In this document: one piece after another, positions 11,870 to 21,157 of the stretch
Numbering within the stretch: position 1 is the stretch's first letter
Layout: the number at the start of each line of letters is the position of its first letter
NCBI GenBank assembly: GCA_963825135.1
Contig: CAWGRW010000009.1
Location: 1,760,001-1,824,000 of the forward strand
Length of the DNA: 64,000 bases
From: an uncultured bacterium
GTDB taxonomy: Bacteria; Desulfobacterota_D; UBA1144; Nemesobacterales; UBA2774
Direction: 5' to 3'
Translations under genes and position numbers: made by a program
Notes under the pieces: model-generated
What the model was told of the DNA's origin: nothing
The model's input: the letters and a program-made list of their open reading frames with translations, nothing else
Databases searched by the model: none

Positions 11870-12808
11870 ATGACTTGGATTCCAGAGGTCGCATCAAATA
11901 TAGCGGGCAAGGTAGACGGAGTATTACTGCTGATTACCTTAATGTCGGTCGTATTCTTCGTGCTCATCACGGTGGTACTCGTGTATTTTGCCATAAAGTA
12001 TAGAAGAAGGAGTGAAGATGACGAGACCCCGTATATTACCGGGAACGAAACCCTGGAAATACTCTGGACCGTGATACCCTCCATACTGCTTATCGTCCTT
12101 TTTGTTTACGGTTTTGTGGTCTATAAGGAAATGAGGACTCCTCCCAAAGACGCTGTGGATATACAGGTTCAGGCGAAGCAGTGGCTATGGACTTTCGATT
12201 ATTATAACGGCAAGAAAACGATTAATGAATTATACGTTCAGCAGAACAGGCCTGTGCGGCTCGTGATGCAGTCGGATGACGTACTTCACGATCTCTTTAT
12301 CCCGGCATTCCGCATAAAGCAGGATGTACTGCCGGGCAGATACGTTCAGGAGTGGTTTATACCCACCAAGATCGGCACATTCGATATCTTTTGCGCGGAG
12401 TACTGCGGGACGGGACATTCCGCCATGCGTGCTAAGGTCGTAGTGCTCAGTCCAGAGGCTTATGATATCTGGGATAAAGGCGTCAAGGTCGATGAGGGTG
12501 CGGGTGTAGCATCTCTCCCCCCAGCCGAGCTGGGAGAAAAAATATACAAGGAAAAGGGGTGTAGTGCCTGTCACAGCATCGACGGCTCAAAGATCGTCGG
12601 TCCTTCTTTCAAGGGCATTTACGGTCATCAGGTCGAATTACAGGACGGCTCCAAAGTCGATGTGGACGAGAATTATATCAGGCAGTCTATAATTGAACCC
12701 CAGTCGCAGATGGTAAAGGGTTTTCCGCCTGTGATGCCTTCGTTTAAGGGCATATTGAGCGATAGCGACGTTACGGCTATTATCGCTTATATCAAGACGT
12801 TAAAATAG
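11870..12808 (+). CDS. coxB: Cytochrome c oxidase subunit II with fused cytochrome c (caa3 type)
   Basis: CuA ligands DVLH and CAEYCGTGHSAM; C-terminal CSACH heme c motif. Confidence 0.96.
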   Translation: MTWIPEVASNIAGKVDGVLLLITLMSVVFFVLITVVLVYFAIKYRRRSEDDETPYITGNETLEILWTVIPSILLIVLFVYGFVVYKEMRTPPKDAVDIQVQAKQWLWTFDYYNGKKTINELYVQQNRPVRLVMQSDDVLHDLFIPAFRIKQDVLPGRYVQEWFIPTKIGTFDIFCAEYCGTGHSAMRAKVVVLSPEAYDIWDKGVKVDEGAGVASLPPAELGEKIYKEKGCSACHSIDGSKIVGPSFKGIYGHQVELQDGSKVDVDENYIRQSIIEPQSQMVKGFPPVMPSFKGILSDSDVTAIIAYIKTLK

Positions 12809-12835
12809 ACGTTAGAATTTAAGGAGGCTGTTTTT

Positions 12836-14437
12836 ATGGCAAATCATACAATTGCCCACAATGTGTACGTTCCCTTTCTTGAGAAGAAGGGAATACTCTC
12901 ATGGATTCTTACAACCGACCACAAGCGCATTGGGATAATGTACCTGATATCGATTTCGTTCTTCTTCCTCGTCGCCGGCGTGTTCGCTCTGATGATGAGG
13001 TATGAGCTCCTGACGCCCGCTTCGGATTTTGTTCAGCCTCATACGTATAATGTGCTGTTTACGCTCCACGGATCGATAATGGTTTTCTTCTTTATCGTAC
13101 CCGGGCTTGCGGCGAGCTTCGGCAACTTCCTGATACCCCTTATGATTGGGGCCCCCGACGTTGCGTTTCCCAAGCTCAATCTGGGAAGTTACTGGATTTA
13201 CCTGCTGGGTGCCCTGATAGTGCTCATAGCCCTTGCTAAACCTGCCGACACGGGATGGACGTTCTATACCCCTTACAGCGCGACGACCGACACCGACGTT
13301 GTTTTGATAACCCTCGGGGTGTTCGTCCTCGGCTTCTCGTCCATCCTTACGGGGTTGAACTTCATCGTCACGATACACAAGATGAGAGCGCCGGGTATGA
13401 CATGGCACAGGCTTCCGCTCTTTATCTGGGCCTCTTACGCTACGGCGATATTGCAGCTCCTGGCTACGCCGGTCGTCGGAATAACGCTTCTCCTTCTGAT
13501 AATGGAGAGAACCCTGGGCGTCGGTTTCTTCGATCCTGCTAAAGGGGGAGACCCTGTACTGTTTCAAAACTTTTTCTGGTTCTATTCCCACCCTGCCGTA
13601 TATATCATGATCATTCCGGCCATGGGGGTGATTTCGGAGATAATCCCCGTTTTCGCGAGAAAACCTATATTCGGATACAAGGCCATAGCTTATTCCAGTC
13701 TCGGGATTGCCTTTATAAGTTTTTTTGTATGGGCTCACCACATGTTTGTGGCCGGTATTTCCGAAACCGCAGCGACGATCTTCTCGTTCCTGACTTTTTT
13801 GGTGGCGATTCCTACGGCTATTAAAGTGTTTAACTGGACGGCTACGCTCTATAAGGGGTCGATCCTGCTGCACTCGGCGATGTTGTACGCACTGTCCTTT
13901 ATATTCCTCTTTACCATAGGGGGGCTTACCGGACTTTTCCTGGGAGCGCTTGCGGCCGATGTGCATCTGCACGACACCTATTTTGTAGTTGCCCACATGC
14001 ACTACGTGATGATTGGGGGAACGGTTATGGGGTTCTTCGGGGCGCTCCATTTTTGGTACGCCAAGTGGTTCGGCAGGATGTTTAACGAAACGGTAGCAAA
14101 GATAGCATGGTTTTTCATTTTCATAGGTTTCAACGTTACGTTCTTTCCTCAATTCTTTCTCGGGATTCAGGGAATGCCCAGAAGATACGCCACGTACCCT
14201 CCGCAGTTCGAATCGCTGATGTCGCTTTCCACTTACGGTTCCTGGATACTCGGCGCCGGCATATTCATCATGACTGTAAACCTGATAGCGGGCCTGATAA
14301 ACGGAGAGAAAGCGCCTCAGAACCCGTACGGTTCGCTTTCTCTGGAATGGCAGGTGCCTTCTCCCCCGCCGCTTGAGAATTTTGAGGAAATACCCCACGT
14401 GACGGACTGGTCGTACGGCTACGGAAAAAAGAAATAA
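12836..14437 (+). CDS. coxA: Cytochrome c oxidase subunit I, type A2
   Basis: [23 protein letters not shown] (YS motif of A2 enzymes), [16 protein letters not shown]. Confidence 0.97.
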   Translation: MANHTIAHNVYVPFLEKKGILSWILTTDHKRIGIMYLISISFFFLVAGVFALMMRYELLTPASDFVQPHTYNVLFTLHGSIMVFFFIVPGLAASFGNFLIPLMIGAPDVAFPKLNLGSYWIYLLGALIVLIALAKPADTGWTFYTPYSATTDTDVVLITLGVFVLGFSSILTGLNFIVTIHKMRAPGMTWHRLPLFIWASYATAILQLLATPVVGITLLLLIMERTLGVGFFDPAKGGDPVLFQNFFWFYSHPAVYIMIIPAMGVISEIIPVFARKPIFGYKAIAYSSLGIAFISFFVWAHHMFVAGISETAATIFSFLTFLVAIPTAIKVFNWTATLYKGSILLHSAMLYALSFIFLFTIGGLTGLFLGALAADVHLHDTYFVVAHMHYVMIGGTVMGFFGALHFWYAKWFGRMFNETVAKIAWFFIFIGFNVTFFPQFFLGIQGMPRRYATYPPQFESLMSLSTYGSWILGAGIFIMTVNLIAGLINGEKAPQNPYGSLSLEWQVPSPPPLENFEEIPHVTDWSYGYGKKK

Positions 14438-14449
14438 TCGGAGGCCCAA

Positions 14450-15055
14450 ATGGGTGACGCTAGCGCAGAACATTCACACGGACACCACATGGACCCTGCT
14501 GTCGAGTACAGCTCGTCAAAGCTGGGCATGTGGCTGTTTCTCGGGACGGAAATATTGCTCTTCGGAGGGCTTTTCGCGGCTTATGCGATTTTCCGCGCCA
14601 AGTATCCCGAGATGTTTTTCGAGCAGCACGTGGAGCTCAACAAGAAGATGGGTGCGATAAACACCTGCATCCTGATATTCAGCAGCTTAACCATGGCCAT
14701 GGGCGTATCGGCCATTCAGCGCGGGAAACAGAAGGCCACCGCTATCCTGATCCTGATCACGATAATCTGCGGCCTCGGGTTCGGCGTCGTAAAATATTTC
14801 GAGTACAGCGCCAAGTTCCATCACCACATATACCCGAGTACGAGCATATTTTTCTCGCTCTATTTTATGATGACCGGGCTCCACATGATTCACGTTTTCG
14901 TTGGGCTCGTGATACTCTCTGTTTTATTCGTCCTGACGCTAAAAGGAAAGTTCAATGCCAAATACAGCACGCCCGTCGAGGTGGGAGGGCTTTACTGGCA
15001 CCTCGTGGACCTGATATGGATATATCTTTTCCCATTACTATATCTCATAGGCTGA
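14450..15055 (+). CDS. coxC: Cytochrome c oxidase subunit III
   Basis: GMWLFLGTE, TGLHMIHV, LYWHLVDLIWIYLFPLLY. Confidence 0.95.
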   Translation: MGDASAEHSHGHHMDPAVEYSSSKLGMWLFLGTEILLFGGLFAAYAIFRAKYPEMFFEQHVELNKKMGAINTCILIFSSLTMAMGVSAIQRGKQKATAILILITIICGLGFGVVKYFEYSAKFHHHIYPSTSIFFSLYFMMTGLHMIHVFVGLVILSVLFVLTLKGKFNAKYSTPVEVGGLYWHLVDLIWIYLFPLLYLIG

Positions 15056-15071
15056 AGGGAGGAAATCAGAC

Positions 15072-15380
15072 ATGACTACCGATACACATGCTGAAGAACA
15101 CCATATAACGAGCAACAAGACATATATAATAGTCTGGGCCGCGCTCATGGTTATGACGGCCACCACGGTGTATGTGTCGTATATAAATTTCGGCGTGCTC
15201 AACATCGTCATTGCGCTCGTGGTCGCCTCGATAAAAGCGACCATAGTGGCCCTTTATTTCATGCACCTCAAGCTCGAAGACTCGATCACGTGGGTATTCG
15301 CGCTCTTTCCGCTGAGCCTGCTGGCGCTATTGATAGCAATGACTATGACGGACATGTTTACAAGGGTAGTAGTCCCCTAG
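15072..15380 (+). CDS. coxD: Cytochrome c oxidase subunit IV (caa3 type)
   Basis: Small 3-TM protein with KA..VALYFMHLK. Confidence 0.9.
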   Translation: MTTDTHAEEHHITSNKTYIIVWAALMVMTATTVYVSYINFGVLNIVIALVVASIKATIVALYFMHLKLEDSITWVFALFPLSLLALLIAMTMTDMFTRVVVP

Positions 15381-15392
15381 AACCAATAATTC

Positions 15393-16247
15393 ATGATTGC
15401 AAAAATTACTCTCTGTCTTCTTTTTCTTCTCCTAGTTTGGGGAAATCTGGTTGCCGGTCTTAAAGCAGGACTGGCATGTCCGGATTGGCCGCTCTGTCAC
15501 GGGACGGTGCTCCCCCCATTCAGGTGGGATATATATATGGAGTTCTCGCACCGCATCATTGGAGGCGTGACCTCTGTTTTCCTCATTATTCTCTCGTATC
15601 AGAGGTTCCGGAGCTACACCGGCCCGGTAAAATCGGTTCCGGTGATGATAGTGCTCCTCCTTTTGATACAGATAGTCCTCGGGGGAGTTGTCGTGCTGCT
15701 CGAAATTCCGGTCGATCTTACGACTTACCACTTTGCAAACGCGATCGTAATATTCGCGCTGACCCTTTATATCGCTTTTTATGACGGCGAGAAGCGGAAG
15801 CCTCATTTCGATATCGGCGGCGGTAAAGGGATATTCTTCTTCCTTGCGTTTCTGATTTTCGTTCAGGCAGTGCTCGGGGCCTATGTCAGGCATTCCGGCT
15901 CGGGGCTCGCCTGCCCGGATTTCCCCAAGTGTCTGGGTTACTGGATTCCGCCCCTGTTGTCGGGAATAATCCTGAATCACTTCCTCCACAGAGCCGTTGC
16001 ATATGTTATTGCGATCACCGCTCTTATACTCCTGGTCTCCTCGTACGTGACCAGGGGCCTTCAAATGTTCCGTAAGGAGCTGTTGATTCTCATCTGTCTG
16101 ATAATCCTCCAGATTGCGCTTGGAGTCGGCGTTGTTCAGACTAAGCTCTACTTCGCCGTTACGGCCCTTCATCTCTCTTTTGCGCTGTTAATCCTCTCTC
16201 TCGTGCTTTATACTTGGTTCAGAGGGATGGAGGAAAGTTATCAATAG
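15393..16247 (+). CDS. ctaA: Heme A synthase (COX15/CtaA)
   Basis: AGLACPDWPLC, EFSHR, GLACPDFPKC, HFLHR. Confidence 0.92.
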   Translation: MIAKITLCLLFLLLVWGNLVAGLKAGLACPDWPLCHGTVLPPFRWDIYMEFSHRIIGGVTSVFLIILSYQRFRSYTGPVKSVPVMIVLLLLIQIVLGGVVVLLEIPVDLTTYHFANAIVIFALTLYIAFYDGEKRKPHFDIGGGKGIFFFLAFLIFVQAVLGAYVRHSGSGLACPDFPKCLGYWIPPLLSGIILNHFLHRAVAYVIAITALILLVSSYVTRGLQMFRKELLILICLIILQIALGVGVVQTKLYFAVTALHLSFALLILSLVLYTWFRGMEESYQ

Positions 16248-16274
16248 GCTATGTGCGGGAAATAACGGGGATAC

Positions 16275-17189
16275 ATGAATACGATCGGGCACATTGACAG
16301 GGCGCCCGCAAAGATAGTCGTCTCGACTATCCTGCTTTCAAAGCCCGGAATAATACTGAGCGTCGCGTTCACCGGATTCGCGGGGATGGTTCTGGCCAAC
16401 CGGGGTCTCCCGTCTCCGGGGTTGACTGTGGCGGCTGTAATTTCGCTGCTCCTCAGCGCGGCGGGTTCCGCGATATTAAACAACGTCCTCGATAAGCAGA
16501 TAGATTCACTTATGAGCAGGTTGAGCAAACGAGTGGACGCGCTCGAGGTGGTGGGAGAAAGAACGGCGACCGTCATATCCCTCGTTTTTATAACAATCTC
16601 TTTATTTATCTCTTTTTATTATCTGAACGCGGTGAACGGCGCATTGATCGTAGCGGCTATTTTGAGCTACACGCTCCTCTATACCCTGTATCTCAAACGG
16701 AGCTCCCCTTACGGCACAATTCTCGGGGGTCTCCCCGGGGCGCTGCCCGTGCTTGTCGGATACAGCGCGGTGAATCCCCACATCGGCGTTGACGGCATAA
16801 TACTATTTTCGTTCATGATGCTCTGGCAGCCGCCTCATTTCTGGGCCCTCGCCCAGAAATATAAGCTCGATTACAAGAAGGCGGGGGTGCCTGTCATGCC
16901 CGTGGCTCTGGGCACGAAATTCACTAACGTTATGATACTGCTTTATTCGATTTCGCTATTGCCCCTTTCGCTTTCTCTGTGGATACTGCATTACTGCTCC
17001 GATTATTACGCTGTCTTCGCGATCCTCTCGGGTCTCTATTTCGAGTATGTGATGATACGGAGCGCGGTAAAGAATACCGATTACGGAAAGGCCTTCGGCA
17101 CTTCCATTATATATATGCTTATCATCATGCTGTCCCTGATCCTGGACCTCTCGTTCGGCTCCGCGAATTCGGCCGTCGGCGGTTTCTAG
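16275..17189 (+). CDS. ctaB: Protoheme IX farnesyltransferase
   Basis: N..LD..ID..M.R, YT.YLKR, GG.PGA.P, LWQPPHFWALA. Confidence 0.95.
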   Translation: MNTIGHIDRAPAKIVVSTILLSKPGIILSVAFTGFAGMVLANRGLPSPGLTVAAVISLLLSAAGSAILNNVLDKQIDSLMSRLSKRVDALEVVGERTATVISLVFITISLFISFYYLNAVNGALIVAAILSYTLLYTLYLKRSSPYGTILGGLPGALPVLVGYSAVNPHIGVDGIILFSFMMLWQPPHFWALAQKYKLDYKKAGVPVMPVALGTKFTNVMILLYSISLLPLSLSLWILHYCSDYYAVFAILSGLYFEYVMIRSAVKNTDYGKAFGTSIIYMLIIMLSLILDLSFGSANSAVGGF

Positions 17190-17261
17190 GGCGTTCGTTT
17201 CGGTCGGGATTAGTCCGGCATTCCCTTGGATGTAACTTCTTGACGCCGTTTAGTCCGGTTC

Positions 17262-19082
17262 CTAATCTTTCATGTTCTTGAGCAGCTCCTTAAGCCGTAA
17301 GAGCGGCTCTTTCAGAGAATTGATGGACTCAACCCAGAAATCGGCGGATTCGAGGTCTCTGCCTAGGCTCCTCTTGGCCACGTTCTCGGCTGTGTCCGAG
17401 CCCGAGAGCCTGAGGAACTCTTCGTATTTCGGCAGGAACTCCTTCCCCTCTTTTTTGAACATCGAAAAGAGACCCCGGCTGAGTAAGTACCCAAACGTGT
17501 ATGGAAAATTATAGAACGTTATCCCGGTTATATAGAAATGGAGCTTCGACGCCCAGAAATAGGGGTCTTCGCCGCCCTCTTCTAGCACGTCGCCGAATAT
17601 CCTCCGCTGGGTCTCGCACATCAGCTCCTTCAGCCTGCTTACGCTGACCTCCCCCTTCTGTCTTTCTTCGTAGAAGGCCTTCTCGAATTCGTAGCGGACC
17701 GGTATGTCCATCAGGTATATGGCTCCGTGATTGATTTCCATATCGAGGGTGAGCGCTTTCTCCGTGTCGTTTATGGACGGGTCTTCGAGCGCGCCTTCCG
17801 TGAGTATCATCTCCCCGAACGTGGACGCCGATTCGGCGAGCGTCATGGGATAGAAATGCGAATAGGGGCGAATGTCGCTCATGACGTGGCTGTGGAACGC
17901 GTGTCCGGCCTCGTGGGCCAGGGTCAGCACGTCCCCGAGCGTCTCGTTGTACGTCATGAATATTCTCGACTCTTTCGTGAGAAGGGACCCTGTGCAGAAT
18001 CCGCCCGGCCGCTTCCCCTCACGCGGCTCCCAATCGATCCACTCTTTCCTGTAGGCGTCGTCTATGAATTTGCCGAGCCTGGGATAAGACGCTGTGAATG
18101 AGTTCTTAACCATCTTCTTAGCCCGGCTCCACGTCAGTTTCTGCCCGGCCTTCAAGTCGAGAGGCGCTCCGAGGTCGTACCAGGCGATGCTGTCGCGCTT
18201 CATGGTTTCGGCTTTCAACCTGAGTATGCTTTTCGGAAGCTCCAGCTCGGAGTATATGGCCTCGAACATCGCGTCGAGGGTCTTCCTGCTTATCGACGAC
18301 TGAAAGAGAGCGACGTCGAGGAAATGGTTGATTCCCCTGTACCTGTTAAGCGTAAGACGCGTGCCCGCGATGGCGTTAAGCGCCGCCGCCGCCGTGTCCT
18401 CAATGCTCCTCCACGCCCTGTTGCCCCCTTCGAACGCTGCCTTTCTTACGGCCCTCTCCGGTTTTTCCATCAGGGACCTTCTCTGTGATATGGGCAGGGT
18501 TTTGACGGTCCCGTCAGGATACGCCATTTCAAACTCGAGCCTGCCCGAGACCGTGTCGTATAGCCTCCCCCAGGCGCTGATTCCGTCAACACCCAAGTCG
18601 GCTGCGAGTATTTCGCGCTCCGTGTTCATTTTTTTTTGTGCATCTTCCCGCAGCCTGCCGAGGTAATATTTTGAGCTTGTTAAGGCTTTGCTTTCCGTAA
18701 GTGACGAGAAGTTTTCGTCGGAGGCGTCCTTGATCCCCCTCATGATCTCCACTTTGAGCTTCGAGAATTCGGCCCCCAGCGCCGACATCTCGGCCTCTTC
18801 CCTGAGATAGTCCTCGTTGAGCCCGTCGGCCGCCGAGAGACATCCGATATAGGAATCGAGGTGTGTGTAGCGCGTCACGAGGTCCTCGTTCTTGAGTAAG
18901 ACGTCCTCCCATTCGCTGCGATTCGTATCGTCGATCGGGGCGAGCGAGGAGGCTTTTTCCTTAACGGTCTCTATGTCCGTCTTCAGTTTCTCCTTGAACT
19001 CCTTCATTTCGGGTCCGTCGAATTCAGGGAAGTAGCTCGTCAGATCCCAGTTCATTTTCGCGGTCGTATCGTTTGCAGGCAT
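17262..19082 (-). CDS. pepF: Oligoendopeptidase F (M3B)
   Basis: TLAHEAGHAFH, LAESASTFGE, FYNFPYTFGYL. Confidence 0.93.
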   Translation of the reverse strand: MPANDTTAKMNWDLTSYFPEFDGPEMKEFKEKLKTDIETVKEKASSLAPIDDTNRSEWEDVLLKNEDLVTRYTHLDSYIGCLSAADGLNEDYLREEAEMSALGAEFSKLKVEIMRGIKDASDENFSSLTESKALTSSKYYLGRLREDAQKKMNTEREILAADLGVDGISAWGRLYDTVSGRLEFEMAYPDGTVKTLPISQRRSLMEKPERAVRKAAFEGGNRAWRSIEDTAAAALNAIAGTRLTLNRYRGINHFLDVALFQSSISRKTLDAMFEAIYSELELPKSILRLKAETMKRDSIAWYDLGAPLDLKAGQKLTWSRAKKMVKNSFTASYPRLGKFIDDAYRKEWIDWEPREGKRPGGFCTGSLLTKESRIFMTYNETLGDVLTLAHEAGHAFHSHVMSDIRPYSHFYPMTLAESASTFGEMILTEGALEDPSINDTEKALTLDMEINHGAIYLMDIPVRYEFEKAFYEERQKGEVSVSRLKELMCETQRRIFGDVLEEGGEDPYFWASKLHFYITGITFYNFPYTFGYLLSRGLFSMFKKEGKEFLPKYEEFLRLSGSDTAENVAKRSLGRDLESADFWVESINSLKEPLLRLKELLKNMKD

Positions 19083-19228
19083 TGTTCCTCCGATCGGCTC
19101 AGGCAGTTATTGGATAAGAAGTAAAAATCACCAAGAAATATATCATATGAGGGAGAAGTGTGTGTTGAGTAATAATATATTTGAGCATTAGAAATTCTAA
19201 TCGGCTTTCTATAGTCGATTCCGCTCGT

Positions 19229-20042
19229 TTACCGCGTCCTGGAGAAAGCCTCGTCGAGGAGGTTAATCTGCTTCTCCGACAGACGCCATCCGGACGCCCC
19301 GCAGTTCTCTATCGTTCTCTCGACGCTGTCCGATTTCGGAATTGCTATGACGTTCTCACGGGAGGTGCACCAGTTAAGCGCGACCTGCGCCGTCGTTTTC
19401 CCGGTCTCAAGGGAAATATCTTCGAGCACCCTGGTTCTTTCTGACGACATGAAACGGGGCCTCGATGCGAGGGTGCCGTCGTCAAGGGGCGTGTATGCGA
19501 GGACCGTTATCCCGTGTGCGAGACAGTAGGGGAGTAAATCCTTTTCGATCCCCCTCTCGTTCAGGTTGTAAAGCACCTGATTTGAAACTATCGGCGTGTG
19601 CCTGAGCGCGGCCCTCGGCCTCTCTCAGGTCGTCGAGGTCAAAGTTGCTCACCCCGATGAATCTTACGATTCCCCTCTCGACGAGCGTCTCCATGGCGCG
19701 CATGGTTTCACTCATCGGATAAGACGAGTTGGGCCAGTGGACCTGGTAGAGGTCGATGTGCTCCGTGCCGAGCTCGGAGAGGCTCCCCTCGGCGGCCCGC
19801 AGCACGTCGTCGTAGCCGAGACGCCTGCCCGATACCTTGGTTGCGATGAATACCCTGTCCCTCATCCCCCTGACCGCTTTGCCGACTACGTGCTCCGTGC
19901 CATATCCCTCGGCGGTGTCTATTAAAGTCGCACCGAGCTCGATCCCTTTCCGCAGAGGCTCGATGCCGCCCCTGTATCTCCAGGTCCCGAGCCCGATCTC
20001 CGGGATCAATACCCCTGTATTCCCAAGCTCTTTTAATTCCAT
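19229..20042 (-). pseudogene. Aldo/keto reductase, frameshifted near 19612-19614 (possibly a sequencing error)
   Basis: IGLGTW, IDTAEGYG, FIATKV, IDLYQVHWP, IGVSNF in one frame; SNQVLYNL..AYTPL..AQVALNW..IPKS in the next. Removing one base gives REAEAALRHTPIVSNQVLYNL. Confidence 0.85.
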
Positions 20043-20119
20043 AGAGCGCAAACCCCTATATTTCGGGCTGGTCCGATTCTCCGGGAGAGGTTCTAACCTC
20101 GCTTAAGGCTCTCCTCTGT

Positions 20120-20446
20120 TCAATGAACGGTTACGCGGAAGAGTCGACGGGGGCCCACTGTCGTGCCCACCGAACATAACGTAGTTCCGGGAGCAACACC
20201 CTTGAACCCTAGCCCGTCCGGTGTATTGACTAACCTGACTATATTCGCATCATCGCAAATAGATACGAGTGCCGGGCAGACAACTATGCCGGATTTACAG
20301 ACTTTAAAGATTTCCCCTGCCTGCAACTCAACCTCATGCGGCTGGTCAAGCCCTGTTGGGTCCCCGGCCTTCACATCACCGGCGAACATAATAAGGACCA
20401 GAAATCCCGTAGCTATAATTATTGCAGTCTTCATGCTGACCCCCAT
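20120..20446 (-). CDS. Small secreted hypothetical protein with four Cys, predicted beta-rich
   Basis: Signal peptide (..AGDVKA), AGGAGG upstream, C-terminal G..PGTT.CSV...FRVTV pattern. Confidence 0.65.
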   Translation of the reverse strand: MGVSMKTAIIIATGFLVLIMFAGDVKAGDPTGLDQPHEVELQAGEIFKVCKSGIVVCPALVSICDDANIVRLVNTPDGLGFKGVAPGTTLCSVGTTVGPRRLFRVTVH

Positions 20447-20565
20447 TATGAGAACCCCCTCCTACAACTAGTTTCTATAATATATCATCTATAGAAAAAT
20501 GACTGAAAAACGCTTTCTTTCAAGGTATCGGCGGAAGTCTCAATTCGAGCTGTTTTTTCTCATAA

Positions 20566-20655
20566 TCGGCCTTGCAACAATTTCAAAATATTGTAGATTT
20601 ATACGTCCGGCCGGGGTGTAGCTCAGATTGGCTAGAGCGTTGCGTTCGGGACGCA
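20566..20655 (+). repeat. Perfect 90-bp direct repeat copy 1: tRNA-Pro promoter plus 5' half (tRNA part 20612-20655)
   Basis: Identical to 26346-26435; ends in the anticodon stem, with no T-arm or acceptor 3' strand following. Confidence 0.95.
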
Positions 20656-21078
20656 AATTGTGATTAAGAAAAGCATCATTGCTGCAGTATCTTAAGTAGG
20701 CATTTCAACCAAATTTCCCTTCCATGTAACCATTCACTAACCAAAGACACCGGCTATATGTCCAGATACCTCAACCTTATGGAGGCGACGTATGGCGAGT
20801 CTACAGCGAAAGAAACGTACAACTAGTTGGCTTAATTGTCATATTCGAAAATTCATTCCTATCAGTCGGTAATCGGGCTAACTCTCTGGAGAAACCTCAA
20901 AGTACGTATAACAGAGTCTGAACTAAGAATATTGTCATAATTGAATGACAAATTTTGTCATTTCCGTCGTTACTCGAATAGCATTAAGTCGCGCTACTTT
21001 TCTAGTAATTTAAAGGAGTTATATAATATTTAACGATAATTCCGGCTAGTATAGTTCATTATTGGCTTTTAAATAAGA

Positions 21079-21093
21079 TGGCATGAATTTTGA
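21079..21093 (+). promoter_or_regulatory. Possible sigma54 (-24/-12) promoter of the TPR gene
   Basis: TGGCATGAATTTTGA vs consensus TGGCAC-N5-TTGC; palindromes at 20932-20962 upstream. Confidence 0.4.
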
Positions 21094-21157
21094 TACTAAG
21101 TAAGAATACAATTAAAAATCGTAAACTATCTGACAAATCATTCTTTGGAGTAAGTAT

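Noticed and set aside
12899..14473. 524-aa ORF antisense to coxA
   Set aside because: Shadow of a conserved gene with no recognisable motifs; expected from codon bias
19605..19620. Programmed frameshift in the aldo/keto reductase
   Set aside because: Single extra base in a 3-nt run and no recoding signal; probable sequencing error or recent mutation
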